DNA of 64,000 nt from Eledone cirrhosa (GCA_964016885.1 OZ024740.1:293136001-293200000); one strand, 5' to 3'; counted from the first letter of the stretch, positions 42,689 to 57,126 are shown. Notes: generated by a model not told the origin, from the sequence alone. Translations and numbers: made by a program.

Positions 42689-45600
42689 AAGAAGAAGTAA
42701 AATTCAACAGTAACTGCTACTGTCGTTGTGGGATGTAGCAGGTAAATCGGCTCAGAATCAGAGAAAGTAACATAAACAGAAAACGGAAGCACGTGAAAAC
42801 AGAGAGGAAAGGTGACGAACGACAACAAAGACGAAAACCATTGGTTAGTTACTCCATGAAACCAAATAAACTTCGATGGCTAAAGGGGTGGTTTATTTCA
42901 TCTACTATTGCTAACTTCTCCAGTGTATTACATACATCTTTGAGACCCTCTCAATCTTAACACAGAGAAGACTAGAAAGAAAATGAAACTGTAATATAGT
43001 AAAACGTAGACTAAACTTGTGAATATGTAGAAATGTATGCTACTTTTGTATTTTACTGTTGTACTCTTGTCTTTTACTGTATGTACACGTAACGCCTGGT
43101 GGTGTCACAGGGTCACCGTAGTGGCTTACGGCGTTTCTTGAGCAACTTAATCCTGGCCTAGCCCATCCCTCTCCGAGTCTGAAAACCGATTTCTTCCATA
43201 CAAAGTGAGGGTGAGTGTGATGGAAAGGAAATTAGAAAGAGTTATAGAGGTCATAGATGAGGAATCAAACACATTACTGGACTGGTACGTTTTTATTGAC
43301 ATTGAAACGATAAGATTTGAACTCAGAGAGCAGAGAGCCAAAACGAATACCGCAAGGCATTCTATCCGAAGTTCTAATGACTTCGCCAATTCGCCGCTGA
43401 TGTCATTATTGTTTAATCATAGGTTAAATGGAAGTTATGTTCAAAGACATTCCAGTCTTATTGATTTATAGTTGTATTCGTCGATTATAACATCCAGCGT
43501 GTTCGTCCTTCATTTAAGATACTAGATTGTTACTTGATGGATATTTCCCTATTATTTGTAACAGATCTAGATATCATATACCGTCTCATTCGCTGGCTTG
43601 TGATCATGTTGTATTATGAAGGGTTACGTCATATGACTTCATCTACTCCGCCTACCTTATCAACAGGTATAATTCAGGTATAATGTACTTTCTAGTCTAC
43701 TACGTGCTACCAATTATGTGACCTCTGGCAGGCTTGTATCCGATGGATTTCATACATAAGCAAATCCAATCAAATCTGAATATATTAAATACTTGCCTAT
43801 AGGCCAAACAAAGCAGCCATTAGTGGTGTGCTATACTGGGATCACGTTGCTCCTGTTCACTCAGCTGTAGAAAGGAATTGCGACGTCACTGGTGCCAAGC
43901 AGTGTCAGTCATTGCCTTTTCCTTGGACAACATCGGTGGCATGGAGAGTGGAGACTGGTATGTATGGACAACTGTTGGTCTTCTACAAACAACCTAGCCC
44001 GTGCTTGTGCCTTGGAGAGGAAGTTTCTAGGTGCAAATCCCATGGTTATTAGTGACTAAAGGGGCTCTTTACCCTCTATACTTGGATACCGACCGCAAAT
44101 ATGGCTTGATTCCTCTGATAATTAGGATGCGTGTGGAATAAAAATTAACGCAGTGTATTGAGTGATAAACTCAAGATATTTGATAACCCATAACAAACTG
44201 TTTTCACACAAAAGTACAGTCAGATTATATAAATTCTTCTAAAGCTTTTCGGCTCTTATCATTTTGACATCTTCTGATTATAAGTATCTATCAATTTGTA
44301 TCAATCAGCCTTTTGCTTTATAGTTTAGTTCAATGGGACCCATCCCCCACTCCTGGCCACTCCCATTTAAGGTGTTGCAAGCTGTAGAAACAAATCACTT
44401 TTGCCGTTCTGCTTCTGCTCACGAAAGAGAATATTGTACTTGTAGCAAAAAATTGGAATGGACCTCGAAAAAATAAGTGACTAAATTATTGACAAAGTAT
44501 TATCCAATTATCTTTTGACTGGTTTCCTTGGACATCTGAGGCTTTCATATAACGATCTTGAAGGGATTGTGAGGAAATTTGACAATATTGTCTGACATGA
44601 TATAATGTATAATTGAGAAGTAGTTTGATTTTTTTTTTTTAATAAATAGAAAATGGTTTTGTATTTTTATGAACAGGGTATATTCGGTTGAATTTTGTAT
44701 GATCTGAATTTTGACCGATGTTATATCAAACCTCATACAATAAATTACTCCGTCAACAAAATTATACACGGTCACCTTCGTCATTGAATTTAACATATAG
44801 TCATCCCCTTGCCCAGATTTGACCGCTCAATCGAAGCAAGGAAGCCTCACTTAATAGATAACGTTTAAAAGCTTCATAGTTTACTGATCCATTAGTACAC
44901 CAGAACTTTCAAATGTGTCTCATAGCATAACCTTATCAGTGAAATTTCGTATACGAAACTGTGTGGAAGCCCGTTAGATGAATCCTTCTTGTTCTTCGGG
45001 TGTAGATTTTATTTGGCGCCCGTTGTAGTACTTCCAGTAAATCACACGACCCTTTGTTGTATGATTTGAAATCAGGATTCCGCTCTGAGAATATTTTTCT
45101 CCCGCCTTCCCCGAATCTCAAATATAAAGAATCATGAGTGCTTTCCTTCCTCTTGTAACTAAGTCATCTAAAATCACGTGTATATGTGCGTGTGTTTGGG
45201 TGAGGGGAGAGCATACGTGCTGTTATATCATTAGTCAGACTTGACATTTATTTATTCATTTATCCATTCCTTCATTTTTCCGTTAATTTATTTCTTCTGA
45301 TTCACTCAGCAATCTGTAGGAACTTATTTTCAAATTGACGATGTGTTTTCTAGAATCTGTTTATAGAACATAATTTAAGACATTTTGTTTTGGTTTATCA
45401 AATGTCCCTGAGAGACCTTCTGTGTTGAAGATGGGATAAGGTGCAACTAAGCTCAGCTTGCCTTCTATAATTGCTTCAGAAACACTCTTCCTCTGAGATT
45501 AAATCACAAATCTTTATGTATTTTCGTGATCCTATTATTTCTATTTCTTAATTTGTTTTGCATTTTGTGAGCAATAGGTATCGTTCGTTGTATGTTTCCG

Positions 45601-46504
45601 GAGAGACAGTCACCCCATCACATTTTCACAGTCAAAAGAAAACTTTACACAAGTTATTTTCGTTCAACACAGGTGTTTTGTTGTCAATTTTCTCGCCGAT
45701 GTGTCTATATTTTTCTAACGTACATATAAATTAACGTTGAATTTTTGCAGTTTCCGTCAAATAAATTTCATCCACAAGACTTTCAGCAATCCGAGACTAT
45801 AGTACAAGGTTTAGAACCACATCATTATAAAATTAGCTTCTTAATCACACAGCTACGTTTGCGTTGACGTTTGATTTGTCATAGCAGACCAATGATGAAA
45901 AGGCATTGTAGTCATGACCGTTCCGTTTAAGTTTCAGACATACTGTGTCTAGAAATAGATAGTAAAATGTGATTTAAAGGAAATTCAGCAGCTATTTCTT
46001 GTAGGTAGAGCAACCACAGACTTCCTTATAAGTGACCATATTATAGGCAGTAAAGCCACATGGTACATACATGCATATATATTGAGTATTTGAGACAAGT
46101 AGGGAGTGGAATATGAAATACAACGTTTAACGATAGGCTAGTGATGAATCTCGACAAGTATTGTTTTCTGATTTAGTCACAAGGCCAGCAATTTTGGAGA
46201 GGGGGAAAGTCGATTAAATTGATCCCACTGCGTTACCGGTACATTATTTTATCGATCCCGTAAGTATGAAAGGGAAAGCTAACCTCAGCGGGATTTGAAC
46301 TCAGAACTTAAAGGGACGTAGCTCTATACTGTAGAGCTTTTACTGCCAATACACTGCCTTTAGTTAGATTCATGCATGGCCCCGTAACTTAGGGTATGTT
46401 TAAACCTGGTGGAGTCAATACTCTCCAGGTCTGAATACAACAGATTCCTATTTTGGATGAATAACAGTGAGTTAAATGAGGCTAGATAAAAATAATCTAT
46501 AGCA

Positions 46505-46665
46505 GGCATGTGTAACATGCGGCCCGCACAAAGGTTTTTACAGCGCGAGCATGTTTTATCTTGGTAAAATTAGTTGTAATGTGCGCAATTAGTTCTCGTG
46601 TATGGCCCTCAGACAACACATATGCGACCCATGTGGCCCTCGGGGGACCCTCAGTTTGACGAAAG
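46505..46665. mobile_element. hAT/Charlie-like MITE relic
   Basis: caggcatgtgtaacatgcggcccg ... tggccctcgg...agtttgac terminal motifs. Confidence 0.4.
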
Positions 46666-46849
46666 AACCCTAACCCTTTAACTGCCATATCACGTAGTAG
46701 AACCAATGTTAAATAACTAATATTAGGACAGAAATAACTCAACCGGAAATCAAACCTGTAACGCAGATCCAGTTCACCAGGAGAAAACTGACACTAAAGT
46801 ACTGGCGTACTCACACAGTTTGACATTACAGCAATGATATTTCAAATAC

Positions 46850-46920
<71 letters not shown>

Positions 46921-46993
46921 TTTTTTGCTTTCTTTTTTTCTTTCTTTCTTTTTTTCTTTCTTTCTTTCTTTCTTTTGTTTCTTTCTTCTTTCT

Positions 46994-47025
<32 letters not shown>

Positions 47026-47376
47026 TACTTGGAATGTAAATCATATGCATAGTAAGCAGCTGAAAGCCAACGTCCCGACAGACTAATTCATAATAAATAT
47101 TTAAAGATTTTAAATGGATGAATATAATGGGAATTTGTGGTCAACGACCAGAAGAGTATTTTGCAAGAGATTATTGACGATGGAACCTGCCGGAAAGTAT
47201 GACAATCTTATTTGACTAATGGGACTATACAATAAATAGAACTATGATTATGCCACATGTTTGTATGGTGGTCTTGATCTGGATTATGATATTGACACAT
47301 ACATATCTATCTAATCTTTCTCTCTCTCACTCTCTCTCTCTCTCTCTTTATATATATATATGTGTGTGTGTGTGTG

Positions 47377-47420
<44 letters not shown>

Positions 47421-47423
<3 letters not shown>

Positions 47424-48150
47424 TTCCGGGATCCTCCGCAGTTCCGTCTTCACGGCCTTTTTGATGTCGTCCAGGTCTTCAAAACGGGTCCCCTCCGGGT
47501 CGTACTCGAAGATCCATGACTCATCACCGGTGATGACTGTCCCTAGCAAGTCTGGTTCGGTTTTAAGCCGCTCGAGGATGTCCTGGCACACTTGCATGCG
47601 TCGACTCTTCTGGTCATCGTTCAGCAGTTTTGGCCCCATCTTCGCATGTCCAAATCTTCAGTGAGAATCTTCCAGACGCTGTCCCGATTCATGCCCAGCT
47701 CATTTGCCATCAGTCGAACAGTCAGCCGACGATCGCTACGCACCATCTGCTTGACGCGCTCAACGTTGACTTCAGTCCTGGGTGTTGAGGGCCTTCCGCT
47801 CCTGGGGTCATGTTCCACGTCCTCGCGTCCTTCTTTAAACCTCTTGCACCACTCAAAATCACGTGAGCGTGACATCGTCTCATCTCCATACACTTGATGC
47901 AGCAATCCCAGTGCTTCTGACGGAGTTTTCAAGTTTGTTCGTTGCTCTGTGCTCATTGTTTGACGACCTTAAACAGAGGACATGTATATAAAATTATGAA
48001 GAAAAAAGTTTGATCGCTGCAGTGAGCTAAGATTACAGTTACATACTCCAGGGGGATTACTTTGAAGAAGAAAACTCATAGTGTGAAGTTTGGGTTTGAA
48101 ATAAATCTTTTGTGACATCAGTCCTGGAACTTTTCTGACACACCTCGTAT
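47421..48150 (-). mobile_element. Internally deleted mariner transposon
   Basis: VYGDETMSRSRDFEWCKRFKEGREDVEHDPRSGRPS, ITGDESWIFEYDPE fused to RFEDLDDIKKAV; one TIR tacgaggtgtgtcagaaaagttcc at TA; other end lost in (TA)n. Confidence 0.9.
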
Positions 48151-48397
48151 ATATATAATAAGGAGTTGACGGACCCAGCAGGTTTATCAATTCCAGGACC
48201 GGTTGTAACTCAGCGTACTCAATAGGTAATGTAGGATACATTCCCAGAGTATACACATAGTTATTCGCTTCAATACAACATACGTAAAGCGGGTGCCTAT
48301 AATAGTTCCCGGACTCGAGTTTCGGCCACACTTAATGCCGCAGTAGGGTGAACTGCACCCTCTGTCTGCATATATATATATATGTACATATAAATAT

Positions 48398-48467
<70 letters not shown>

Positions 48468-48534
48468 GTATGTGGTTGCAGGCTGAGAGAAAAAGGTACG
48501 CAATACCGAAATAGAGTTGTAATATTCATTATTA

Positions 48535-48720
48535 GGGCAGTGGATTGGCAGTATCGGTAGAGGGTCGGACGCCAAGCATAGAGTTACGGCCCTTGCCATT
48601 CTGAGTTCAAATCCCCCCGAGGTTAACTTTGCCTTTCATCCTTACGGGGTCGATTAAATAAAGTACCAGTATTACCTTGGGATAATTGCTGGCCTTGTGT
48701 CAAAAGTAGAAACAATTATT
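48535..48720 (+). mobile_element. tRNA-SINE
   Basis: Family match. Confidence 0.85.
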
Positions 48721-48776
48721 AAGGCTAAATAGTGAGTCTTGTTCCTCTCGAATTTCGCTTGTTTAACACAGGGTAA

Positions 48777-48832
<56 letters not shown>

Positions 48833-48851
48833 ACACACACACACACACACA

Positions 48852-48973
<122 letters not shown>

Positions 48974-49044
48974 ATTAGGATTTAGCTTCAGGCATAGCTG
49001 TATATAGATACGTATTGGAATTTCGTATTTCTTAAGAAACACGG

Positions 49045-49325
49045 TATGTTTATAGATAAACATTTAGAAAGCCGTCGCTATGCAAAAACACAGGGGGCTA
49101 TCGCCCACTGATGGTGTACAGCAGAAGCAAGGGTGACAATCGTCGATGCATTTCGAACTTAACTGGTCCTCATCAGCACGATCCCTCCCACTCTTGCGAC
49201 TATTGGACTTGAAAACAGTCGAGAATATATATTGCTTCTGCTGGACACCAGATGGGCACCAGATGGCGATGGACCCCGGTTTTTTTGCATAGCGACGGCA
49301 TTCTAAATATGTATCTATAAACATA
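49045..49325 (-). ncRNA. Long imperfect hairpin with a minimal HHR (49139-49182) in its loop
   Basis: atcgtg CTGATGA ggac-cagttaa-gttc GAAA tgca TC gacgat; arms 49045-49130 and 49232-49325. Confidence 0.75.
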
Positions 49326-49348
49326 TGTACATATGTATATGTATGTGC

Positions 49349-49467
<119 letters not shown>

Positions 49468-51223
49468 TATGTATATATATATATATATATATATGTGTGT
49501 ACGTATACATACTTACTTATATATATATGTACGTGTATCGATTTGATCGACTGAACAATTCACTTAAAGAAACCATTAAAATAGTATGGTTTATCCTTCG
49601 GGTTCCTTACAGTTTCACTCTATCAAATTTTACGAAGAGAATTTATATCAACGATTCTGATTGATTATGGTTGAACTCTTAGATACTGCGTGATCGTGCA
49701 CAGAACAGTATGATTACGAAGAGAAAGTTTATTTTTTATTTTTTAAATAGGACCAATGTCTGAAACAATGTCATACAATGTCATGATGTGTTGCCTATAT
49801 CTATGTTTCTATTAACAGGATTAGGAATAGTAAAGATAAATATAATTACGCTGGTAAAACTCAAACGAATTGCAACTATTCGGACTGTTTCTAATATTTA
49901 CATTGTAAGTGCAAGCAATATAGATATTTTCTAGCTTTGATGTTTTTCATCTGATATTAGTGGATGAAATACGCAATATGAATATTACATATGCTAAGTT
50001 CTCTCTTTTCCAATGCTGTCCTCCTGCCACTCTTCAGGCTTGCCTTGATGTAAACAGTCAGTCAGAGACACTAGACATGAAATGATACACCATTAATATA
50101 GTTTTTAATTGATATTTTCCAAAGTAAAATCTATCGAAACGATTGAACATTGTTCCAAGGCTCAAACGCCACCTATCTTATTCTATGTTATTTCTTTCTT
50201 TCGGACATGCAGGATCAATAAAATACTTAGTTAAGAAATCAGACAGATGTTAGTGAAAAAAATCCGTCTGTGCGGCACCATATCGTACGCTTTGTTAATA
50301 ATCTATTCATGTTAAGATTGTCAGTTTTCTTTCGCAATTCTTTATTACCATCGTGTAACAGTTGGTCTTTAGTATCCATACTACATTTACATTTCGTGAA
50401 GGCGGCGAAATTGCAAAGTCATTAGAACGTCGGATAGAATGTTTTGCGGTATTCGTTGGTTCAAATCTCGCCGAGGTCAACTTTGAATTTCATCCATTCA
50501 AGTTCGATAAAAAAAGAGTACTAGTCTAGTATTGAGGTTTATTCTTCCTCTATATCTCTTTCTCGCCTTCATTCTCTCACTCTCTGTATTTATCTGGAAG
50601 AAATCTGCTGTATTTAGACCTGGAGAGAAATGGGTGTCGCCATGTTTTAAAATGTCCAAGAAACAATGTATGTCAATGCGTCGCTCCTACGACTCCTTCG
50701 GGAGTTACTCGGCTCTAGTGGTAATAAATCATTCACTATTAGGTAGTTATACCATTCCTCCACTAAAATCGAAGGCCTGTAATAGGCCTGAATTTCGATA
50801 CTAACGATTGTTTTCCACGTCTTTAATACACATTAGAGTTCTACCAGGTGTCATCCCTTGGTATATTCTATCATGAAGGGAAGTCATGTTTTTTTTTTAA
50901 ATTCAGTATCCATGCACTTCGACTAGACCTGGACCCTAAAATTGCTGGCCTTGTGCCTAAATTAGAAACCCTTTTTATTATTGTTGTTATTGTTGTTGTT
51001 GTAATATTTGATATATCGACAAACTTCCTTTAGCCCTTTAGTTACCAACCCGGTAAAAACCGGCTCTGGTTCTATGAAATAAAACCACCCATTTTAACGG
51101 TTTCCAATTTAAATTAAAATATTACGACATAAGTTTAGATATGAACAATATGTTAAATTGCTATTATACTAATGAGACAATTAATAATTTTAGTAAATCC
51201 TTCGAAATTCTTCATTAATTAAT

Positions 51224-51400
51224 TAATTGTTTCTACTTTTGGCACAAGGCCAGCAATTATCCCAGTGCATTACTGGTACTTTATTTTTTTTACCCAGTAA
51301 GGATGAAAGGCAAAGTTAACTACGGTGAGATTAGAACTCAGACCATAGAGGGCCATAACTCTTTGCTGCAAAGCATGGCATCCGACCCTCTACCGATACT
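51224..51400 (-). mobile_element. tRNA-SINE, possibly nested in a CCCTTT-ended MITE (51030-51440)
   Basis: Family match; ttagcccttt...aaagggttga flanks. Confidence 0.7.
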
Positions 51401-51744
51401 AGAGTGTATTGCATTAGAAATGCTGTCCTGAAAGGGTTGAGTTCATATTTGGTTTGTGTTGCTTATCAACCTGCTAAAGCAGATAAAATCATCAAACAAA
51501 CTTGACTCGATTCAGCTATCAGAATATGGCACGGATTACGATGAATAGAGAGGGGTTCTTAACAGTTCACATTTATCCTAAATCTCTAGACACGTTTCAT
51601 TGTAGGATTCAAAGTAAACTAAATTCAAAGTTTTCTTTCTATAACCTTGTAAATCTCAGCAAAATCCCAATTAGATAATACATCGCTTCTTCCCCATCTT
51701 GATCCGAATATGTAATAGCTTTCGTTATTTTCTCGAATGTTGTG

Positions 51745-51951
51745 TATGGCCACTTTGAGTGTTACTGGTAACATATAACCCAGTACAACCTGCCACATGG
51801 TTGGGTCGTCGGTGACTAAACCGGCAACCCCACCAGGTTTACTTGGTGAGGAGGGTGATTTTGGATACCCTGAATGACAAGAACAAATCCTGACAAAGAG
51901 CGGAAGAACTCATAAGAGTCAACGGCCCTCGAAAAGTGTGTAAATATGTAT

Positions 51952-52036
<85 letters not shown>

Positions 52037-52375
52037 CATGTGTATGTATATGCGCGAGGACATAGAAATAATCGGGCTGGATAACCGATCACGCGATTAA
52101 ACCACTAGGAGTGAAGGGGCCCCTAGCCTTTTTAGGGAAACTGGGATAACTCCGACATAAAACCTGCGGCTCAGTAGTTAGCGATGATGTTGATCTTTTC
52201 ATCTTTTCGGGTTATAGCTACTGTCGCTCACAGAGTGGGATTGACTCAGTGCAGTCTTTCCTCACGTAAAAAGAATCTTGATGCATAGCCATTGCGCGAT
52301 AGCATTAATTGATAATTATTAATAATGTTATATCGTGCAATGGCTATACTCAATAACGAGGAGGCAGCCATCATG
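51745..52375 (+). mobile_element. Non-autonomous RTE-5'UTR-like element
   Basis: 5' and 3' ends match the minus copy at 56075-56690; 3' half matches 7286-7560. Confidence 0.65.
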
Positions 52376-53004
52376 TTTGTATGTAAGTATGGTCCCCTAG
52401 ATCTAGTTTAGTCCCCAAAATTTAGTCCATTATTTTTTCCTTACGGGGTCGATAAAATAAAGTACCAGTAATGTACTGGGTAATTGCTGGCCTTGTGCCT
52501 AAAGTAGAAACAATTATTTTTAACCTGGCGGAGCTTCTCTTCTTTCCAGGTCTGAATACAGCAAATTTCTTCCAGAGAAAGATAGAGAGAGTGAGAGAAA
52601 GGAAGTAAGAAACAGATATAGAGAAATAATCTAGCCCAATACTAGACTGGTACTTTTTTATCGACATGAATGGATGAAAGGCAAAGTTGACCTCGGTGGG
52701 ATTTGATCTTAGAGAGCAGATAGCCGGAACGAACAGCACAAACCATTCTATACAACGTTCACACAACTCTGCCAATTCGCAGCCTTTCCCACCTCGTAAG
52801 ATACATTAAATATTGATATCGATTAAGAAATACTCCACTTCTTACTCTACTTTGATTCTAGAATATGGAGACTAATTCCTTTACCATCAGATTTCTCAAT
52901 CATCATTTCAAATATCTATACATTGCTCTCACATCATCCACTAACAATATAGCATTCATGACTTTATGCATCAAAGAGATGCATTTATTTCATTTTATTT
53001 CTTG

Positions 53005-53482
53005 TGGCGGTGGGATAGTGATGATGATGGTGGTGGTGGTGGTGCTGATAGGGATGATTGTGGTGGTAATGACGGTAGTGCTGGGAGTAGGAGTGTGTAT
53101 GGTGGTGATGGTGGTGTTTGTGGTGGTAGTGGTATTGGTGGTGATGGTGAAAGGGGTGATTGTGGTGGTAATGGCGGTAGTGGTGAGAGTGTGGATGGTG
53201 AGTGTAGTGGTGGTGTTTGTGGTGGTGGTGGTGGTGGTGGTGGTAGTGGTAGTGGTAGTGGTCATGGTGGTGGTTATTGTGTTGTTTGTTTGTGGTGGTG
53301 GTGGTGGTGGTGGTGGTGGTGGTTGTTGTTGCGTTGTTTGTGGTGGTGTTTGTGGTGGTGGTGGTCGTGGTTGTGAAGGTGGTGGTGATAGGGATGATTG
53401 TGGTGGTAGTGACAGTAGTGCTGGCGAGGATAGTGGTAGGGGTGGTTATGATCGTGGTGGTGGTGATAGGAGTGGTGGTCAA
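53005..53482. repeat. (GGT)n-type low-complexity tract
   Basis: Seen directly. Confidence 0.9.
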
Positions 53483-54268
53483 TAGTTATAGAGATAGAGA
53501 TAGTTGTAACGATGAAAATGATTTCTAATTTAGGCACAAGGTCATCAATTTTATAAGGAGAGTAAAGTCGATCAAATCCTTCCCAATACTTAACTGTTAC
53601 TATCGATCCTGGAAGGATCAAAGTCGAAGTTGACCTGGTCAGAATTTGAACTTAGAACGGTAAGAGCGGAATCAAATACCGCAAAACCTTCTGTCCGATG
53701 CTCTAATCCTTGCCAATCCACTGCTTAAAATGATGATAATAATGAAATGGGTCGTTAAAACGTTGGATAGAAGGTTTAACAGTATTGTTTCCAGTTTGTG
53801 CACTCTCTGAGCTGAAATCCCACCGAGATCAACTTTACCTGTCATCTTTTCAAGGTCGATTAAATGATGGCAGTCCAGTTCGATTCTTCCTCTCTATTTT
53901 TTTCCACTACCGCTCTCTCAATCTCTATCTCCCCTTCTCTAGAAAAAATCGACCTTGAGAAAGGATTGGCTCCGACAGGTTTTAAATGCCCAAGTATCGC
54001 CGATGTCAGGACAACGTCACTACGGCTCCATACATACAACAATACAGGTAATATAGTCATCTGACGGAGACAAATTACTATGCTTCAAAATAGTATGCCT
54101 CTTCAGCGATCTCCAATAGATAGTGCCTCGAGAGAAACACTGATGTTTGTGACATCTCTTACCACAATTTTCATAGATAAATGGAGTTTACCAATGAACC
54201 AGACATTAACCGGCTAAATAGAAGTAGATCCTGAGGCGAAACTGCCACGTCCAGCAGATGTGCCTGTT

Positions 54269-54467
54269 CTTATAACAAATAATTGTTTCTACTTTTGGCA
54301 CAAGGCCAGCAAATACCCAGTACATTACTGGTACTTTATTTTATCGACCCCGTAAGGATGAAAGGCAAAGTTAACCTCGGCGGGATTTGAACTCAGAATG
54401 GCAAGGGCAGTAACTCTATGCCCTTGCCATTCTGAGTTCAAATCCCGCCGAGCTTATAACAAATAAT
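54269..54467 (-). mobile_element. tRNA-SINE with 5' fold-back and 15-bp TSD
   Basis: TSD cttataacaaataat at 54269 and 54453; arms 54376-54409 and 54419-54452. Confidence 0.85.
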
Positions 54468-56074
54468 ACTAGGTTGTCATTCGACAATAGCTGAAAGAAG
54501 GACTTACAGTTAACCAAGTGTGATAAGATGGATTATACAGTTCTGGTAAAAAGAAAAAAAACTAATCGAGAACTAGGGGTGAAAGTGCTGGTAGAAGAAT
54601 ACTGACTTACAGGAGAAAGATGTATTTTTGAGAATATATTAATGAACCAAGCACGCATAATTCAAATCAGAAGTTGGGTAACACGAGCTGGAATAAAGAA
54701 AATACATGAATAAATCACTGTGGAGTTGATGTGGGAGTCGATCCGAGAGCGAATGGAGATGTCTTACACACTGAAGACTTATCTAATGCTGCAGGAATAG
54801 TATGCCAAAAATCAAGTAGATATCCATCAGCTTATCTCTTTCACTGTAGTCGCTACTTGCTGTCTCTATTTTAAAGTTATTCACTTACCTTTTAACTTCT
54901 GTGTGACATGCGTAAGTTTTATGCTTCAAACATCAAAACGTTGGAATCTACAAAAATAAAAATTAAATGAATTTCATTTTTTTTCTTAATCAGAATTTCA
55001 TTAAGATTAGAAGAGGATTTTTCAGCTTCACTAGTAGATTTTAAAGTGTATAAAAACACTATTAATTGTTTATATTTGAAGGCCTTAATTGTTCAACTCT
55101 CTGAAAATGTTTAGATGTTTCAACTTCAAAGGCAATTGAAACATATTTTATCATAAAAGTACCAATTAAAAAATAGTTTTTCTTCAAATTTCAAAAAGAG
55201 TGCTTTTTTTTTATTTAAAAAAATCTTTTTGCGCATCCTGGATCGGTGATGTTCAAAATTCTAAAGAAATCCAAATTCAATTTTCAAAATAAAATAAAGG
55301 CATAATAAAGAAATTAGAGATATGTTTTTAAACGAAAAATCCGTACTAAACAAATTCTGCAGAAAAAAATACAAATTTTCACTTCATTAACATTACAATA
55401 ACTGACCGGAGGTTTTCCATTTCTCTTTAATTTTTCTAGAAATTCTTTCTAAAGTCTCCAAATTAAATTTACCAATATTTAATATTTTCACACACGCATA
55501 ATAAATATGATATATATATATATATATATATTTATAGAGTTGAAAAGGGGGTTAAAGTTCATTCAAATAGAGAAGGTAGTTACTATTTAAATCAAGAATA
55601 GTGAATCAATTGAACCCTGATCTAATAAACACCACTTCCACCACCACCCCACCGCCAAAATATATATATATATATATAAGAAGATATTTTAGGGGTTCTG
55701 CCCACAGAATATGAGAATAAACGTTTCAGATATTTGATAAGATTAACATACAAATCAAAACGGGTAATATTTGACAAAACTTAAATCTATTTAATGTAAC
55801 AACTATGAAAATATTTACTCTGTCGGATTACGGAAGAAAATAATCTTTAAATATACTTTAAATATATGCTTTTTCACTTTACTCTTTACCTATATACATA
55901 TATTTACTTATTATGGCTGTGGAGAGACTTGTTACTCTGGAGTTTCACCTACTCATTCACAGGATCATCAAACAAGACAGAAGAATATTTAAACTCTACT
56001 TCTGTATTGAGTTCTCATTCTCACGTCCGTCAATAATAAATATAAATATATTTACACACACACACACATATATA

Positions 56075-56690
56075 TATGGTGGCTGCCAACTCGTTTTCGA
56101 GTACGGCCACTACTTTATATCCATGTAGGAGAACCCCTACCGATACGCTGAACGAGTGTGACTTTTTAGTCCAGCCAGCGACTTGAAAACCCTGGTACAA
56201 ACACTACACCTGTGACAATTATTGACACATAGTGCTGGGCCCATAGTACCATGTGACGACAAGTGCAGAGAGATCTCCAGATATAAAGCAATGCCTGTGC
56301 CGTGAAGCTTTTATAGTGAGCAAAGGCACTGCACAAAGCCAGTCCCACTCTCTTAACCAAGATGGTATTTACCAAAAAGAAGAACAAGTCAACATCATTG
56401 GATACCATCAGGGTTGCAGGTGTTATATCAGAGTTTTCATTCTCCTAGAATTCTGCCTTGACAAAGGCTAAGGGGTCATCTCTCCCGGTGATTTTGGATG
56501 GCCATTGACGCTTAAGAGCTCCTTTGCCCTTTGACAGGTTTTGTTTTTAGTCCTGCAGGATGTCTAAAGTCACCCTCCTCACCAAGAAACCTTGGTAGGG
56601 TTGCCAGTTTAGTCGCCAACGACCCGACCATGGGACAGGTTGTACTGGGATACATGTTACCAGTAGCACCAACTGGTGACCTGACACACA
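56075..56690 (-). mobile_element. Non-autonomous RTE-5'UTR-like element
   Basis: Homologous ends to 51745-52375. Confidence 0.65.
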
Positions 56691-56737
56691 ACATATATAA
56701 ATATATATACATACATACATATATATATATGTGTGTG

Positions 56738-56769
<32 letters not shown>

Positions 56770-56774
<5 letters not shown>

Positions 56775-57056
56775 TTATACTTTGGGAGGGTCATGTTGCC
56801 AATAAGAAACACACGCACCAGTTGTTTTCACTTCAATTTATTATATATTTATAAATTTATAAATTTATAAATTTACAAATCTACAAATTTATAAATTTCT
56901 GGTTGGTTAGTTGGTTCCACAACCAGATAGTTGTTTATATATAGTCATAGTCCTTTCGTCACACACTCTGTGACCTCTTCAGTGACTGGGGATTCCTTTC
57001 TTTGTTTCTGTGCCTTTCCTTTCTTCTGTCCTACGCCATTTTGTTTCTGTGTGTGT
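56770..57056 (-). mobile_element. F1 pseudo-LTR with HHR (56944-56986)
   Basis: Reverse complement of 5275-5548. Confidence 0.85.
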
Positions 57057-57126
57057 ATTCTGATGGCGTTGGTGTAGATTCTGGAAGAGGCACACTGCTT
57101 TATGAAGGATAGTTGTCGAGATGTCG

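Noticed and set aside
44780-45150. Possible Gypsy integrase relic
   Set aside because: Similarity too faint to support by eye
48305-48345. ggcc-GAAA-ctcgag-TC half hammerhead on the minus strand
   Set aside because: No CUGANGA found; probably a truncated family member, not counted
49255-49270. CTCF-like motif caccagatggcg
   Set aside because: Lies within a repeat arm; a single short match is not evidence of function
52865-53621. Gly-, Val- and His-rich ORFs
   Set aside because: (GGT)n repeat artefacts
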